Part shown: one piece after another, positions 33,201 through 42,177 of the stretch
Position numbering within the stretch: position 1 is the stretch's first letter
How the letters are laid out: the number at the start of each line of letters is the position of its first letter
Assembly (NCBI GenBank): GCA_000004985.1
Contig: GG738919.1
From: Naegleria gruberi
Taxonomy: Eukaryota
Reading direction: 5' to 3' (one strand)
Length of the DNA stretch: 64,000 nucleotides
Made by a program: the position numbers and the translations under genes
The notes under the pieces: model-generated
Told to the model about the DNA's origin: nothing
Database searches by the model: none
What the model saw: the letters and a program-made list of their open reading frames with translations, nothing else

Positions 33201-35281
33201 CTTGGAGATACAGGAACACCCCTTGGAGAAACAATTATCTGGGAGCCACCTCCAACAGTGAGAGAAGTTCCAAATCCAATACTACTGCCCATAGTTGATG
33301 GATTAGTGTTATGTGTTGATGGAGAAGTTGACTTGCCCTTTAAATCTGAAACACTACCAGAAGAAGATGTTTTAGGAACACCTCCACCATGAATGAGTCC
33401 TGTTGGTGTGTCATTGACATTTGTACTTGATGTTGATCTTTTTGGAACGCCTCCAATTCCACTAGAAATGATAAAACTTCCGTCCAAAGGACCACTACCG
33501 GCAATGTTAGTGTTGGAAGGAGAACGTCTTGGCACTCCACCAATTCCACCCGAAATAATTCCTCCACTACTGTTGAGTGTAGTGTTGCTACCTGTTGATG
33601 TGGTGCTAGTATTACTACTGTTGGTGTTAGATGATGTTTCCAATCCAGGAGTTGGCTCAATGGTCAAGCTTGGTAATTCAGGAGGATGAGCCATGTCAGA
33701 AAGGGAAGAACCAACAGATCTCGATCTAGGAACATTTTCAGTGGCTGGCTTTGTGTTAAATGTTGGAGTAAAGGTAGTGAATTGAATTCTATTAGCAGTT
33801 GACCATTCACTGTTTTTAGGAGTGAGTGAGGACATTTCACTTTGACTAGGTGATTTTGGAATAAGGGATTGTGATCTCTGCTTTTCAGAAGATGATTCCA
33901 TTGTTGCTTTCAAATCTGATGATGAACTATTGAGAGAATTAGCGGTTGATGTCTTTTTACCATGTTTGTGGGAACATACAGTCAAATAGGTATGACCACG
34001 ACCCAAAACTCTACAATATGATTCACAAGTGAATTTGGCACCATTTTGACCTGGGAAGAATCTCAATAGACGTTCTTGATTTTGATGAATATATGGAATT
34101 TCAATTGCATTATTCTTGAGTAATTTAGAATCAGTCACAAATACAGTATTGATCATGAAGGCATGTTCAGTATCATGGAGTAGTAAATTCTCCTTCTCCT
34201 TTACAGAAAGAGTTTCAAAATTAATATTTTTCATTTTAGGATCAACTGATTTTTTGGCAATCCAGAATGAATTCTTATCGTGACCATATTCTTTTCTACA
34301 TATGGACAAACAGGCAGGACATTTCTTTGCACAAAAATGTTTACGTGGTGCTGTTTTAGTGTCTTCATCATTGTAACAAAGACATTTACCAGAGTGGCTA
34401 AATTTGAATGGTTCCAACATTTTGGAACAGTTATGCTTCAAGCCAACATCTGTATATTTGGCCTCTGCTTTAATTTCACAAAATCCACGATGAGAACAAA
34501 ATTGTTGACAAGGATGTGAATTGGAACACATGTGAAAATCGAGACCTCCATTCTCTGCTTCAATAAAGTCCTTATATTCCTGTGAAGAGTGATCAAATGC
34601 ACAATAGCATACACAATTTGGAATTTGACACTTGTGTTTACAAATTCCAGGTTTCAAATTCTTCAAATTTGGATTAACAACAATAGGTTCTGCAGTAATT
34701 GTGATTGGTGGAGATTTGTTCAATCTTTCCACTGATGAAGAGCTAGTATTTTGTTGTGGTAATTTGATAGCTGGTGGAATAACCTTGACAGTTTCCATTG
34801 GTTTCTTATTTTCCACAATATTTTCCAAACTCTTACTACTTGTTAATGAATTATTGTTAGCATTCACTGTTGTGTTTTGATTTGTTGAAGTTGAAGGCAA
34901 GACAGGTGGTAAAATCTCTGCAACTGAATTCAAGGCAAATAATTCTTCCTTTCCAGGAGTTTTTGTTGGAGTACTGTATGGATTTACAACATTACCACTT
35001 GGCATTAAATGTTTGTTTTGAATTGGAGCTTGAGTTGAATGTCCAATGTTAACAATTGGAATTTCTACAACGGGATTAGTAGTAAAGTTGGCAATATTGA
35101 CCACTTGTGGAGGAGGAACTGTGGCTGAGGAAGGTTGCTGTGTCTTGGTAGCTGTTGGTTGAACAATCATTGGAGGAACAATAACTGGGACTGTATTTGT
35201 CTTGGATACAGGCTGATTGGACATCACATTGTTAACACTTGGTCTATTCATATTCACTTGTTGTTGTTGCTGTTGTTGCAT
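30221..35281 (-). CDS. multidomain Rho guanine-nucleotide exchange factor (DH domain, probable PH-like region), with Cys/His-rich and vWA-like regions
   Basis: 1686-aa single ORF. The DH domain near the C-terminus includes ERAYVTSMAKIIELYYYPLLKYL...LIKPIQRIPRYILLLKGLLKHT, with the hallmark QRIPRY.LLL. Upstream there is a poly-Q/N-rich N-terminus. A Cys/His-rich segment follows (CKHKCQIPNCVCYCAFDH...CSHRGFCE...). A vWA-like segment is also present (HHYIFVDVSRNMSS...DRMTVGIFTKKS). Confidence 0.7.
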   Translation of the reverse strand: MQQQQQQQVNMNRPSVNNVMSNQPVSKTNTVPVIVPPMIVQPTATKTQQPSSATVPPPQVVNIANFTTNPVVEIPIVNIGHSTQAPIQNKHLMPSGNVVNPYSTPTKTPGKEELFALNSVAEILPPVLPSTSTNQNTTVNANNNSLTSSKSLENIVENKKPMETVKVIPPAIKLPQQNTSSSSVERLNKSPPITITAEPIVVNPNLKNLKPGICKHKCQIPNCVCYCAFDHSSQEYKDFIEAENGGLDFHMCSNSHPCQQFCSHRGFCEIKAEAKYTDVGLKHNCSKMLEPFKFSHSGKCLCYNDEDTKTAPRKHFCAKKCPACLSICRKEYGHDKNSFWIAKKSVDPKMKNINFETLSVKEKENLLLHDTEHAFMINTVFVTDSKLLKNNAIEIPYIHQNQERLLRFFPGQNGAKFTCESYCRVLGRGHTYLTVCSHKHGKKTSTANSLNSSSSDLKATMESSSEKQRSQSLIPKSPSQSEMSSLTPKNSEWSTANRIQFTTFTPTFNTKPATENVPRSRSVGSSLSDMAHPPELPSLTIEPTPGLETSSNTNSSNTSTTSTGSNTTLNSSGGIISGGIGGVPRRSPSNTNIAGSGPLDGSFIISSGIGGVPKRSTSSTNVNDTPTGLIHGGGVPKTSSSGSVSDLKGKSTSPSTHNTNPSTMGSSIGFGTSLTVGGGSQIIVSPRGVPVSPRYGREDSMIITDNFDDSLSDNGEEDCPYNGELSLMATGRKHSTMKCEPMDELKHEKFWSLCGFVDPCKKACMSNEEMRQFNLCRVQKLDQNSTSNTPLEYCKRHVSHQVLDCSALDYLEEVSLLAERFPAKENGFIFSPSGHLFKATPNTGIHHYIFVDVSRNMSSQDMIPSLPVFKPAGKSLKQSEKGEDYSQFTAYDNRLGSAIEIVLRYLHILFKLRPADRMTVGIFTKKSVEIIIDNEDLEYYYSVIDLITNKIKKPDNDGGYEEVFTLLVDLLAKHDPKQSKDPINRNMRPKIYLVTANQIESKFSAPNFGKTASSSTGTPVWHSLGKLESLSLQRKKKKEQTKLDDIVEWYESNGISANSTGSASEPEPYISIIKMGSEGNESTLNQILLKCKGLSTIVDSTFVSVNVNNKLTEEEKEIIKKKSGKEPALMQRLVICHMLQDLLLTHLEHNKIRLNENMRISGASSASSGKCGLLIKSVIDQMQHADSDSDSDYDSDEELSNIGFGSFMIGKKSHKGSPVDVLEDLETVTTETSPNIESNKTSDNSATETKTSTEKQEDVKQLENEKDILERENLAKEILDTERAYVTSMAKIIELYYYPLLKYLPNLISEDDKSKIFGGLLGIYKLHKILVTDLEERVNEWHKDQKIADIFIKLHQTFKLYTTFSTKYEMAIETYSKHKDNPRFRNYLYIRRKDPFSKGEQLQGFLIKPIQRIPRYILLLKGLLKHTKNPEHPDFGNLVNAISITEEVATFLNNKIRERQYFYRMKSVADRLSGLTDLIQPQRRYICEFDKLRSTYDTHVNEECVVFLFNDLFIHAVRESENTQEEDGKLSRVRRKLSVKANSQPNITSTVNVPTPSVSASTSELGGTPSGAAAMKIATAEGANGIDKSDNVDVMGIMEEKKKDRYEARFVLSLGDLTVHPMDFGSNNSKFQISAIARKFTVEYDVMNRPNEKVRIITKLNDAITDFVKRKQSFQTISQQNSSPQH

Positions 35282-35999
35282 TGGTTGCTTGTGTTGTTTT
35301 TGGAGGAATTACTTGTGCAAAGTTAGCATCATCCCATGAAGCATCAAACGAATCATCAAACTTGTTGGTACCAGGTTGGGTATTGTTTGTAATAATATTT
35401 GCTCCAATATTTACATTATTTGCAAGATTATTGTTACTTCCACTGTTAGAGATGGATCTTGCTCTAGGATTGAAACCACCACCAACGCTCAGACTTCCAC
35501 TAGAATTTGTTGATGATAGAGTTGGAGTTGGAGTAGTGGAATTGCTGTGGAGAGATGTTGTTGATGAAGAGGAGGGAATTAATAAATTATTTGAATGACT
35601 ATTATTTAGCTTTAAATTGTTATTATTATGAATTGGAGCAAAACCACCACCAATAGTTGTTGTATTAAAATTTAAATTTAAATTATTATTATTAATATTA
35701 TTATTAAAATTATTAAAATTATTTGATGGTGCGGTAAATGTAGAAGGAGTTGATGAAGTTGAAGATGTTATTTGTTGTTGTGATGATGGTTGTACAACGG
35801 GATCTCCCGATAGGAAAAAATCTAACAAATCGCCATGACTCATCGATGACATATTTGTTGTTGTAGTTTGTTGTTTCTGTTGTTGTGGTTGTTGAGGATT
35901 TCTCATCGTGGTGTTATTGCTGCTATTACTCTTGTTCATTGTACCCGTGGATGGGTTTGTTCTTTGATTGTTGTTGGATTGTGCATTTGCTCCTCTCAT
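35244..35999 (-). CDS. Asn/Gln/Ser/Thr-rich low-complexity ORF; probably the 5' coding part of the RhoGEF gene
   Basis: 251-aa ORF on the same strand. It overlaps the start of ORF 30221..35281 by 38 nt in another frame. A GTAATT...AACAG segment (35270..35312, 43 nt) would splice the two in frame. See findings. Confidence 0.4.
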   Translation of the reverse strand: MRGANAQSNNNQRTNPSTGTMNKSNSSNNTTMRNPQQPQQQKQQTTTTNMSSMSHGDLLDFFLSGDPVVQPSSQQQITSSTSSTPSTFTAPSNNFNNFNNNINNNNLNLNFNTTTIGGGFAPIHNNNNLKLNNSHSNNLLIPSSSSTTSLHSNSTTPTPTLSSTNSSGSLSVGGGFNPRARSISNSGSNNNLANNVNIGANIITNNTQPGTNKFDDSFDASWDDANFAQVIPPKTTQATNATTATTTSEYE

Positions 36000-36270
36000 A
36001 TTGTTGTTGCTTTTTGTCTTTTGTTTGAGAATAAGAGAGCAAATGACAATGTCGTGGTTGAGTAGTTGACGATGTTGTGTAGTTTATTATGGAGTAATGA
36101 TTTGTGCGATTTTCTTTCTAATTGGCTTTGTTTGCATGTCCTTTTTCTTATCGCTATTGTGCTTGATTGAAAGTTGATGGGAAATTGCTGTTCGTATTTA
36201 ACGATTCGCAAATGGAGTAGACGAATTGAAGTTGTAAAGTCTCAGTGAATCATAAGGGCATGGGATGAAA

Positions 36271-37926
36271 TTAGTCAGCTTCATTTATTAGGGATGGAGA
36301 TTCAATGGTCTTCTTAATTCTTGACATTGTTTTAGATAAGAGTGCCAGCAAGTTGGCTTCTCCCTCTCCTCTCACCTTTTCTTCACTCACAATTCTGTCT
36401 TGCAACTTGTTAAGGGAGGAATTAACGAGCTCCTGTTGCTTTTCAATATCTGCTCTCAAATCAAATAAATTCTTCTTACTCTGTTTATCATTCTGTATAA
36501 TGAGTCTCTCCAATTTATCACTTGTTGGTTGAATAAATTCAGAGAGGATTTCCATTTTCTGAGCATTCATTAATTGCTGTACATTATTGAATTGGTGAGC
36601 AGTGTTAATCTTTTGAGATTCCAGTGTATTTTGAATTTGTTCCAATTTGCTCCATATTGGGTCTGTGCTTTGCCTAGTTTGAGTTCCAATCTCTGTAAAT
36701 AACTTTTCCAATTGTGTTGTTATTTCATTTATATGTGCATTGGAGAGGTTTGAAAGGGTGGATATTTGTTTCTGAACGTCAAGCTCCATATTATTAATCT
36801 TTTGTTTGACGTCTGTGAATTTGATTTGAGTCTCTTTCGATTCGGATATGATTGAGTCTGCCAATTGCTTTCTCTCTGTCTTGTATTGGTTGAGGAAGGA
36901 ATTGAAATTAGTACTGAGGAGATGCAGCTGATTTGATTGAGAGGATAATTCCTGTGAGAGTGATTCTATATTGAGGTGAACAGTGGAAACTTGCTCCTCC
37001 AGATTTTTCAGTCGTTTTTTGACGCTTTCATTTTCTTGAATTCGTGCATTCTTTTCCTGTTCGATTCGGGAGGACAGCTGGTTGAACTTTTCTTCAATGA
37101 GATTGGTAATATTCTTCTCACCTCTTTCTCTATTGCCTCTCTCATGGAATAGTTGAGTTTCCAATTTTTCGAGAGCTCCATTAGTAGAATCCACTCGGCT
37201 ATTAACCTTATTTGTAAATGTATTAACATTATCAATCTTTGACTCTATGGATTCAATTTGCATTTGTCTCTTTTTTCTGACCTTTTCTTGTTGGGCGACT
37301 TGAGCATCAATGGCTGAAATCTTTGAGCCTAAATCGGCAAATTTAATCTTTGACCCAGCTCCTTCAACACTATTTGAGGTACCATTGAGAAACTCATCTT
37401 CAGTTATTTCATCACTGTCATTACTTCGAGAGTCATAATTAGTAATTGAATTGAGAGCAGATCGAGAGAATTGCTTCCCAGGACTATCAGAATTGTTGGA
37501 ATGCGATGAGAGAATATTATAATTATTATTGTTGGGAGATTTCTTAATATTATTGCTAACATTTGAGGAGCTCAAGGTTGAGAATGAGGGTAAATTAATA
37601 TACTTTCCAAAAGTTTGAGGAACAGTAGAAGAAGACGATGCAGGACTCAAAGGTTCTAGATATCCATTTGTGCTCCCACTACTGCTATTGTGATGAGCAT
37701 TGTACGATCGTGAACTGCTCTGCGAGGATGGAATACCTGTTCTCAAGGGAGATGAAGCCGATGAAGTTGTAGATGATGAAGTTGTGGTATTAAACTTGAA
37801 ATAATCGATTTGTGGTTGTTGTTGTTGAGGTACTTTAGGACTCCTCAATACAGGAATCATTGAATTATTACTATTTGATGAAGAATTGGTAGCCATCAAA
37901 CTAGTTCCCCTCCCATTATGAATCAT
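36271..37926 (-). CDS. coiled-coil protein with Ser/Asn-rich N-terminus
   Basis: 551 aa. The N-terminal ~170 aa are low complexity (S/N/P-rich). The remainder is heptad-rich (SMC/myosin-tail-like composition) without a specific family signature. Confidence 0.5.
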   Translation of the reverse strand: MIHNGRGTSLMATNSSSNSNNSMIPVLRSPKVPQQQQPQIDYFKFNTTTSSSTTSSASSPLRTGIPSSQSSSRSYNAHHNSSSGSTNGYLEPLSPASSSSTVPQTFGKYINLPSFSTLSSSNVSNNIKKSPNNNNYNILSSHSNNSDSPGKQFSRSALNSITNYDSRSNDSDEITEDEFLNGTSNSVEGAGSKIKFADLGSKISAIDAQVAQQEKVRKKRQMQIESIESKIDNVNTFTNKVNSRVDSTNGALEKLETQLFHERGNRERGEKNITNLIEEKFNQLSSRIEQEKNARIQENESVKKRLKNLEEQVSTVHLNIESLSQELSSQSNQLHLLSTNFNSFLNQYKTERKQLADSIISESKETQIKFTDVKQKINNMELDVQKQISTLSNLSNAHINEITTQLEKLFTEIGTQTRQSTDPIWSKLEQIQNTLESQKINTAHQFNNVQQLMNAQKMEILSEFIQPTSDKLERLIIQNDKQSKKNLFDLRADIEKQQELVNSSLNKLQDRIVSEEKVRGEGEANLLALLSKTMSRIKKTIESPSLINEAD

Positions 37927-38668
37927 ATTCTCTCAATAAAGTTGTTGTTTATGGCAGTATTTTTTAAAATCTGAAGGTAGATATTATTCCGCCAAATTAC
38001 TGTAAATAACAAACAAGTCTATGGAGAGTGGTTAAGGTAAAAAAAACTTTGTGATGTTTGGTGATGGAGATTTTTAGTTAATGTGTATCTGTGGACCATT
38101 TTTCATGTCAATGCTCTATTCGTTTGTAACACATCTGTTTGACCAAGGTTTTAGTTGGTTCCAAATACACATCCTTCCTAAGATTTCTTTCTGCTAATCC
38201 ATTCTAACATCATATTTGAAGACTTCAAATAAGAGAGCATGCAAATTTATTAAAATATATTTCATAAACAAGAACATAAAAGTGGTACTTAATCAAACCT
38301 TCAAACTCTGTGTGTTTGCAACAATAAATGGCCGATTTAAGTCGTGTTATGAAGAAGGTGCGACAACCAGTGGTGTTTTGTAAAAAAGTCAGAGCCGGAC
38401 CTACCTTAAATCATTAGAGCCATTTGAATGCCTTTTTGAAAAAAACAGCACAAACATTATTGATATCTTTCCACTAGATTATACATTCTGTTGTTTTTCT
38501 TCTAGTGCAAAACAACAATATTGGATCACACTTATGTGGGAAACCAATTATTTTTGAACATGATACCCAACAATAACCACTTTCTAAAGAACGTCCTCAA
38601 TCTCCTTAATACAAGATTCTTCCCATCAACAAGTTCACCATCAATTATCTATTGCAAGCATTCTAAGC

Positions 38669-40564
38669 ATGAGCAATTTTACCAACCACTCACAAAATAA
38701 TAACTCGTCCGCTTCCTGTACTGCTGTTGGAGGTTCGAACAATAACAACAACAATAGCTCTCAATTTAACAACAACAATAATACAACCGTGAGTGTGATT
38801 GAGGAGAATATTAGTCAATCTACTAGTAATAATCACCCTTCTCAAACAAAAGGACAGCCTCCCCCACGTATGTTGGCTCATTCTAACAGCAATACACAAC
38901 GACATTCCGTCGATTCCTATACACCTCAAGTTATTAGTAATAACATGTCTGATATTTATCAAAGGAGAGTTGGCTCATCAATAACAGGATCAGATTCAAG
39001 CCTCTCCTCAACATCTACATCATCCACTTCTATCATCAAATCACTACAACAATCCTTTACAACCTATTCAATAGTTCTTCAAGATCGCGAAAAGCTTAAA
39101 GGATGGAAGAATGTACTTTTATTTGCCTTTCTTAATATTTATGTATTGTGGGCATCCGTGGCGATACCTAGTCAAGGAAATTATAATTATGGGGATATTG
39201 GATCATGGATTTGGAAGGCAATTAATTTTCCAGTGACCCTTTCACTTGATTTGATCCCTTACGAGGTAGGGATAGCTCTCTCTTCAATATGTATTGCCTT
39301 TTCAATTCTGGGAATTTTAATGTTCCTTATTTCTTCTAGGGCAGTGTACAATTCGAGCAAGTACACAAACATTCTCAAAAAACTGTTTAGAATCTATGGA
39401 ATTATATTTCAGTTCATTGTCTATACAATGATCTTTATAATGAGTGGATTTTTCAATTGTGATGAATCAAAGACTGTAGTTTTGGAGGGTTATGATGAGC
39501 CACAAACAGTGCTGAGGAGATATCCTACCACTCCATGTTCTTCAACAGCTAATATTATTTTGGTGATCATTAATGCTTTGGGAATTTTAGTGCTCTTCAT
39601 TGATGCAGGTATTGTTGGATTGACTGTGACGAATGCTCATCCAAAGAGCTCAACACTCTTCATTACAGATACTTCATACTTTTCTGTAATTTTCAATTGG
39701 GTCTCAATGTTTCAAATCTTGGTTGTATATGTAATACCTCAACAATATTTTTATATTGTTGCCGTTCTGCACATTATTTCATCCATTATTACCATTCCAT
39801 TTCTATTTTATCTTCTTCCATTCTTTAGAAGAATGGAGAATTCTATATATTGTGGAATAATTTGCTCCAAGATTGGCATTAGTATTGGATGCATTGTTTC
39901 CTACTTTGTAAATTCCCAATATTTAACAGATCTAGGTCTTGGTATGTCTGGAATAATCGTGGGTCTTGGTCTGGTGGGTTGTATTATTGGCTTGACCGTT
40001 ATGGAAATTTATACAAGAGTATCATATAATGAAGTGAGAAAGGAGGTTGTGAGAATTCTTTCAGAGTGCGCCTCACAAGCTATTGAACTGTCCAATGATG
40101 AATCTGAATATGTTCACAAACAACATGGAGAAAACTTTTTCAATTTGAAATCGTTATTTGAGAGAGAATCTGTTTCATTGTTGAGATCATTTGAGGAAAG
40201 AAAGAAACTGAGAAACCTTAATTTATTCCTAAAATTCTCCATGAGATCTGGAAATAAGCCCGCCAAGGAGACTTTCTTAATGTCTGACTTGGATTTAGTC
40301 GTTGCATTTATTAGAGGTGTTGGGAATCAAAAGAGTTTCAGTAGTCCAATTCTATTGGTAAATTGTAGTTTGGTGGCATGCCACTTTGTGGTTGGAGAGA
40401 CAAATAATTTGACTCTTGCCTTCTCCTTATTGAAAAAAGCACAAAAACAGAGACCTTCTTTATTAGAAAACTTTATAATCGTAGAGAGAATGAAAGAAAT
40501 TGAATCATCAACTGAAAATTTAGGTAGAGCCAAAAGTAGTAAGTTTCTTTATTCAGATCTGTAA
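38669..40564 (+). CDS. polytopic membrane domain protein; probable N-terminal part of the PAS-adenylate/guanylate cyclase gene
   Basis: 631 aa. The N-terminus has an Asn-rich tract. At least 8 hydrophobic TM helices follow, then a cytosolic tail. The ORF ends 18 nt before the next same-strand ORF. Confidence 0.55.
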   Translation: MSNFTNHSQNNNSSASCTAVGGSNNNNNNSSQFNNNNNTTVSVIEENISQSTSNNHPSQTKGQPPPRMLAHSNSNTQRHSVDSYTPQVISNNMSDIYQRRVGSSITGSDSSLSSTSTSSTSIIKSLQQSFTTYSIVLQDREKLKGWKNVLLFAFLNIYVLWASVAIPSQGNYNYGDIGSWIWKAINFPVTLSLDLIPYEVGIALSSICIAFSILGILMFLISSRAVYNSSKYTNILKKLFRIYGIIFQFIVYTMIFIMSGFFNCDESKTVVLEGYDEPQTVLRRYPTTPCSSTANIILVIINALGILVLFIDAGIVGLTVTNAHPKSSTLFITDTSYFSVIFNWVSMFQILVVYVIPQQYFYIVAVLHIISSIITIPFLFYLLPFFRRMENSIYCGIICSKIGISIGCIVSYFVNSQYLTDLGLGMSGIIVGLGLVGCIIGLTVMEIYTRVSYNEVRKEVVRILSECASQAIELSNDESEYVHKQHGENFFNLKSLFERESVSLLRSFEERKKLRNLNLFLKFSMRSGNKPAKETFLMSDLDLVVAFIRGVGNQKSFSSPILLVNCSLVACHFVVGETNNLTLAFSLLKKAQKQRPSLLENFIIVERMKEIESSTENLGRAKSSKFLYSDL

Positions 40565-40581
40565 AACAAATCTTTTAAGTT

Positions 40582-42177
40582 ATGGAAATTAAACATATTC
40601 TACAAAGGTTGGAGAAGAACAAGGCAGAGATTTTGGCACTCCACAGACAGTTTTGGAAAGAACTAATGTCTGACATGGTCAATATCAACAAACTCATTTT
40701 GGTCACAGAGCGAATCACAAAGTTAACAACTGGGTGCCATACTATTCTCGAAAATTTAGCTCATGAATTCAGCAATGACAAGACGGTACTGAGATTCTAT
40801 GCTGGTTTTGTTGAAGACGTTTTATTCAATGCTGAGTTCGCTCAAGAAATGTACACTGACGCTTCAGTTCTCGAAGAGGAAGATAGTAAGAGAGTTGAGA
40901 TGGTCATTACAAAGAGTAATAGAAGAATTGTTCCTTTATCAGAGTCTGTTGATAATGGCTCTCTAAGTTATGAGAAATCCTTTAATGAGAAGCTTGAAAA
41001 GGCAAAAGATGCATTCCAAGAAAACAGAAAACGGTCTCTAGAAATTTTGAGTGTGAACATGAATGATGATAAGGAATCTGACTTGGGAACTGATGCATTT
41101 GAGAATCCACTTGTGAAGAAAGAGTCCATGTTCAAGCTAGCACTGAACACGCCAACAGTTGATTTAGCACAAAAGATTCTTTTTTATTGTTTGATTGGCC
41201 TAATGTTTAGTTTGTTAATTGCAGGATTTGTAATGTCTGTTCAATTTTCCATTTCTGCATTACAAGAAGTTCCAAGAGTCAAGACCACTTGTAAAACATT
41301 GATATCTCCCATCTCTACAATATCTGATTTAAGAATGAAACAATTATTGATAACTGCTTTCAATGATTCAAGAATCAATCCACCAACAAGCACCCTTAAA
41401 CAACAAAAGATTAACACGATTCAAGACTTTGAGAAATTATTTACAGAAAGAATTTTATCACATAACAAGGCCCTTGATGATCTTTCACATTTGGCTAATT
41501 ATGGTGAACTTTCAGACGAAATGTTGACGGATTATAAACAGAATAGATTTATCCTTAAACTTCCAGAAATTCCACATGGTAGCCCATTAGAAAGGTATGA
41601 TGGTTATTTTGAAACCAACACATCAGTGACTGAAATTTCACAAGCAATTAGGAGATATGCCGACACATTTTTGTACACCAATTTAACAGCTATTGAGACA
41701 ACTACTGATTATTCCTTCATGTTTTTCTGGTATAACAAGTACATTCTTCAAGATTCATTGGAGGGATTTTGCTATGAGTTTATCCAAAGAAGTCAAGAAC
41801 AAATCAGCAAAATTCAATTCTCGTTCATGATTTTTTTGATAGTTAGCTCTGCAACAATAAGTGTAATTTCTACACTAGTTATTTCCTTCCTCGTTTACAA
41901 AACATACTTCATTGATGGAAGTATTAAGCTATTCTCCAAAACATTAGCAAAGGATGCAATCGGAAAAGTTTACCACAGATTGGGTAAGATTGTTAATGAA
42001 AGAGCATCTACTCATGTATCCAAGCATTCGCTCTTCAGACCTAGAAATTTGATTGTTCTTTTTGGACTGGCTTTAACCTTAATACTAATTGCTTCAAACG
42101 GATTATTCTTTGTTCAAGTGATTTTGAACTGTACTGATGGAACTGATGTTATGGATGATGTAAAGTATGTATTTTGA
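40582..42177 (+). CDS. middle segment of the cyclase gene (helical region plus 2-3 TM helices)
   Basis: 531-aa ORF. It has TM-like segments (ILFYCLIGLMFSLLIAGFVMSV; MIFLIVSSATISVISTLVISFLVY; LIVLFGLALTLILIASNGLFFVQVIL). It overlaps the next ORF by 11 nt in a different frame. Confidence 0.5.
   Translation: MEIKHILQRLEKNKAEILALHRQFWKELMSDMVNINKLILVTERITKLTTGCHTILENLAHEFSNDKTVLRFYAGFVEDVLFNAEFAQEMYTDASVLEEEDSKRVEMVITKSNRRIVPLSESVDNGSLSYEKSFNEKLEKAKDAFQENRKRSLEILSVNMNDDKESDLGTDAFENPLVKKESMFKLALNTPTVDLAQKILFYCLIGLMFSLLIAGFVMSVQFSISALQEVPRVKTTCKTLISPISTISDLRMKQLLITAFNDSRINPPTSTLKQQKINTIQDFEKLFTERILSHNKALDDLSHLANYGELSDEMLTDYKQNRFILKLPEIPHGSPLERYDGYFETNTSVTEISQAIRRYADTFLYTNLTAIETTTDYSFMFFWYNKYILQDSLEGFCYEFIQRSQEQISKIQFSFMIFLIVSSATISVISTLVISFLVYKTYFIDGSIKLFSKTLAKDAIGKVYHRLGKIVNERASTHVSKHSLFRPRNLIVLFGLALTLILIASNGLFFVQVILNCTDGTDVMDDVKYVF

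Noticed and set aside
32830-33689. Cluster of internal ORFs within the RhoGEF gene (32879..33151, 32982..33392, 33340..33660, 33393..33689, and others)
   Set aside because: They are alternative-frame and antisense ORFs produced by the Ser/Gly/Pro-rich low-complexity coding region of the 1,686-aa gene.
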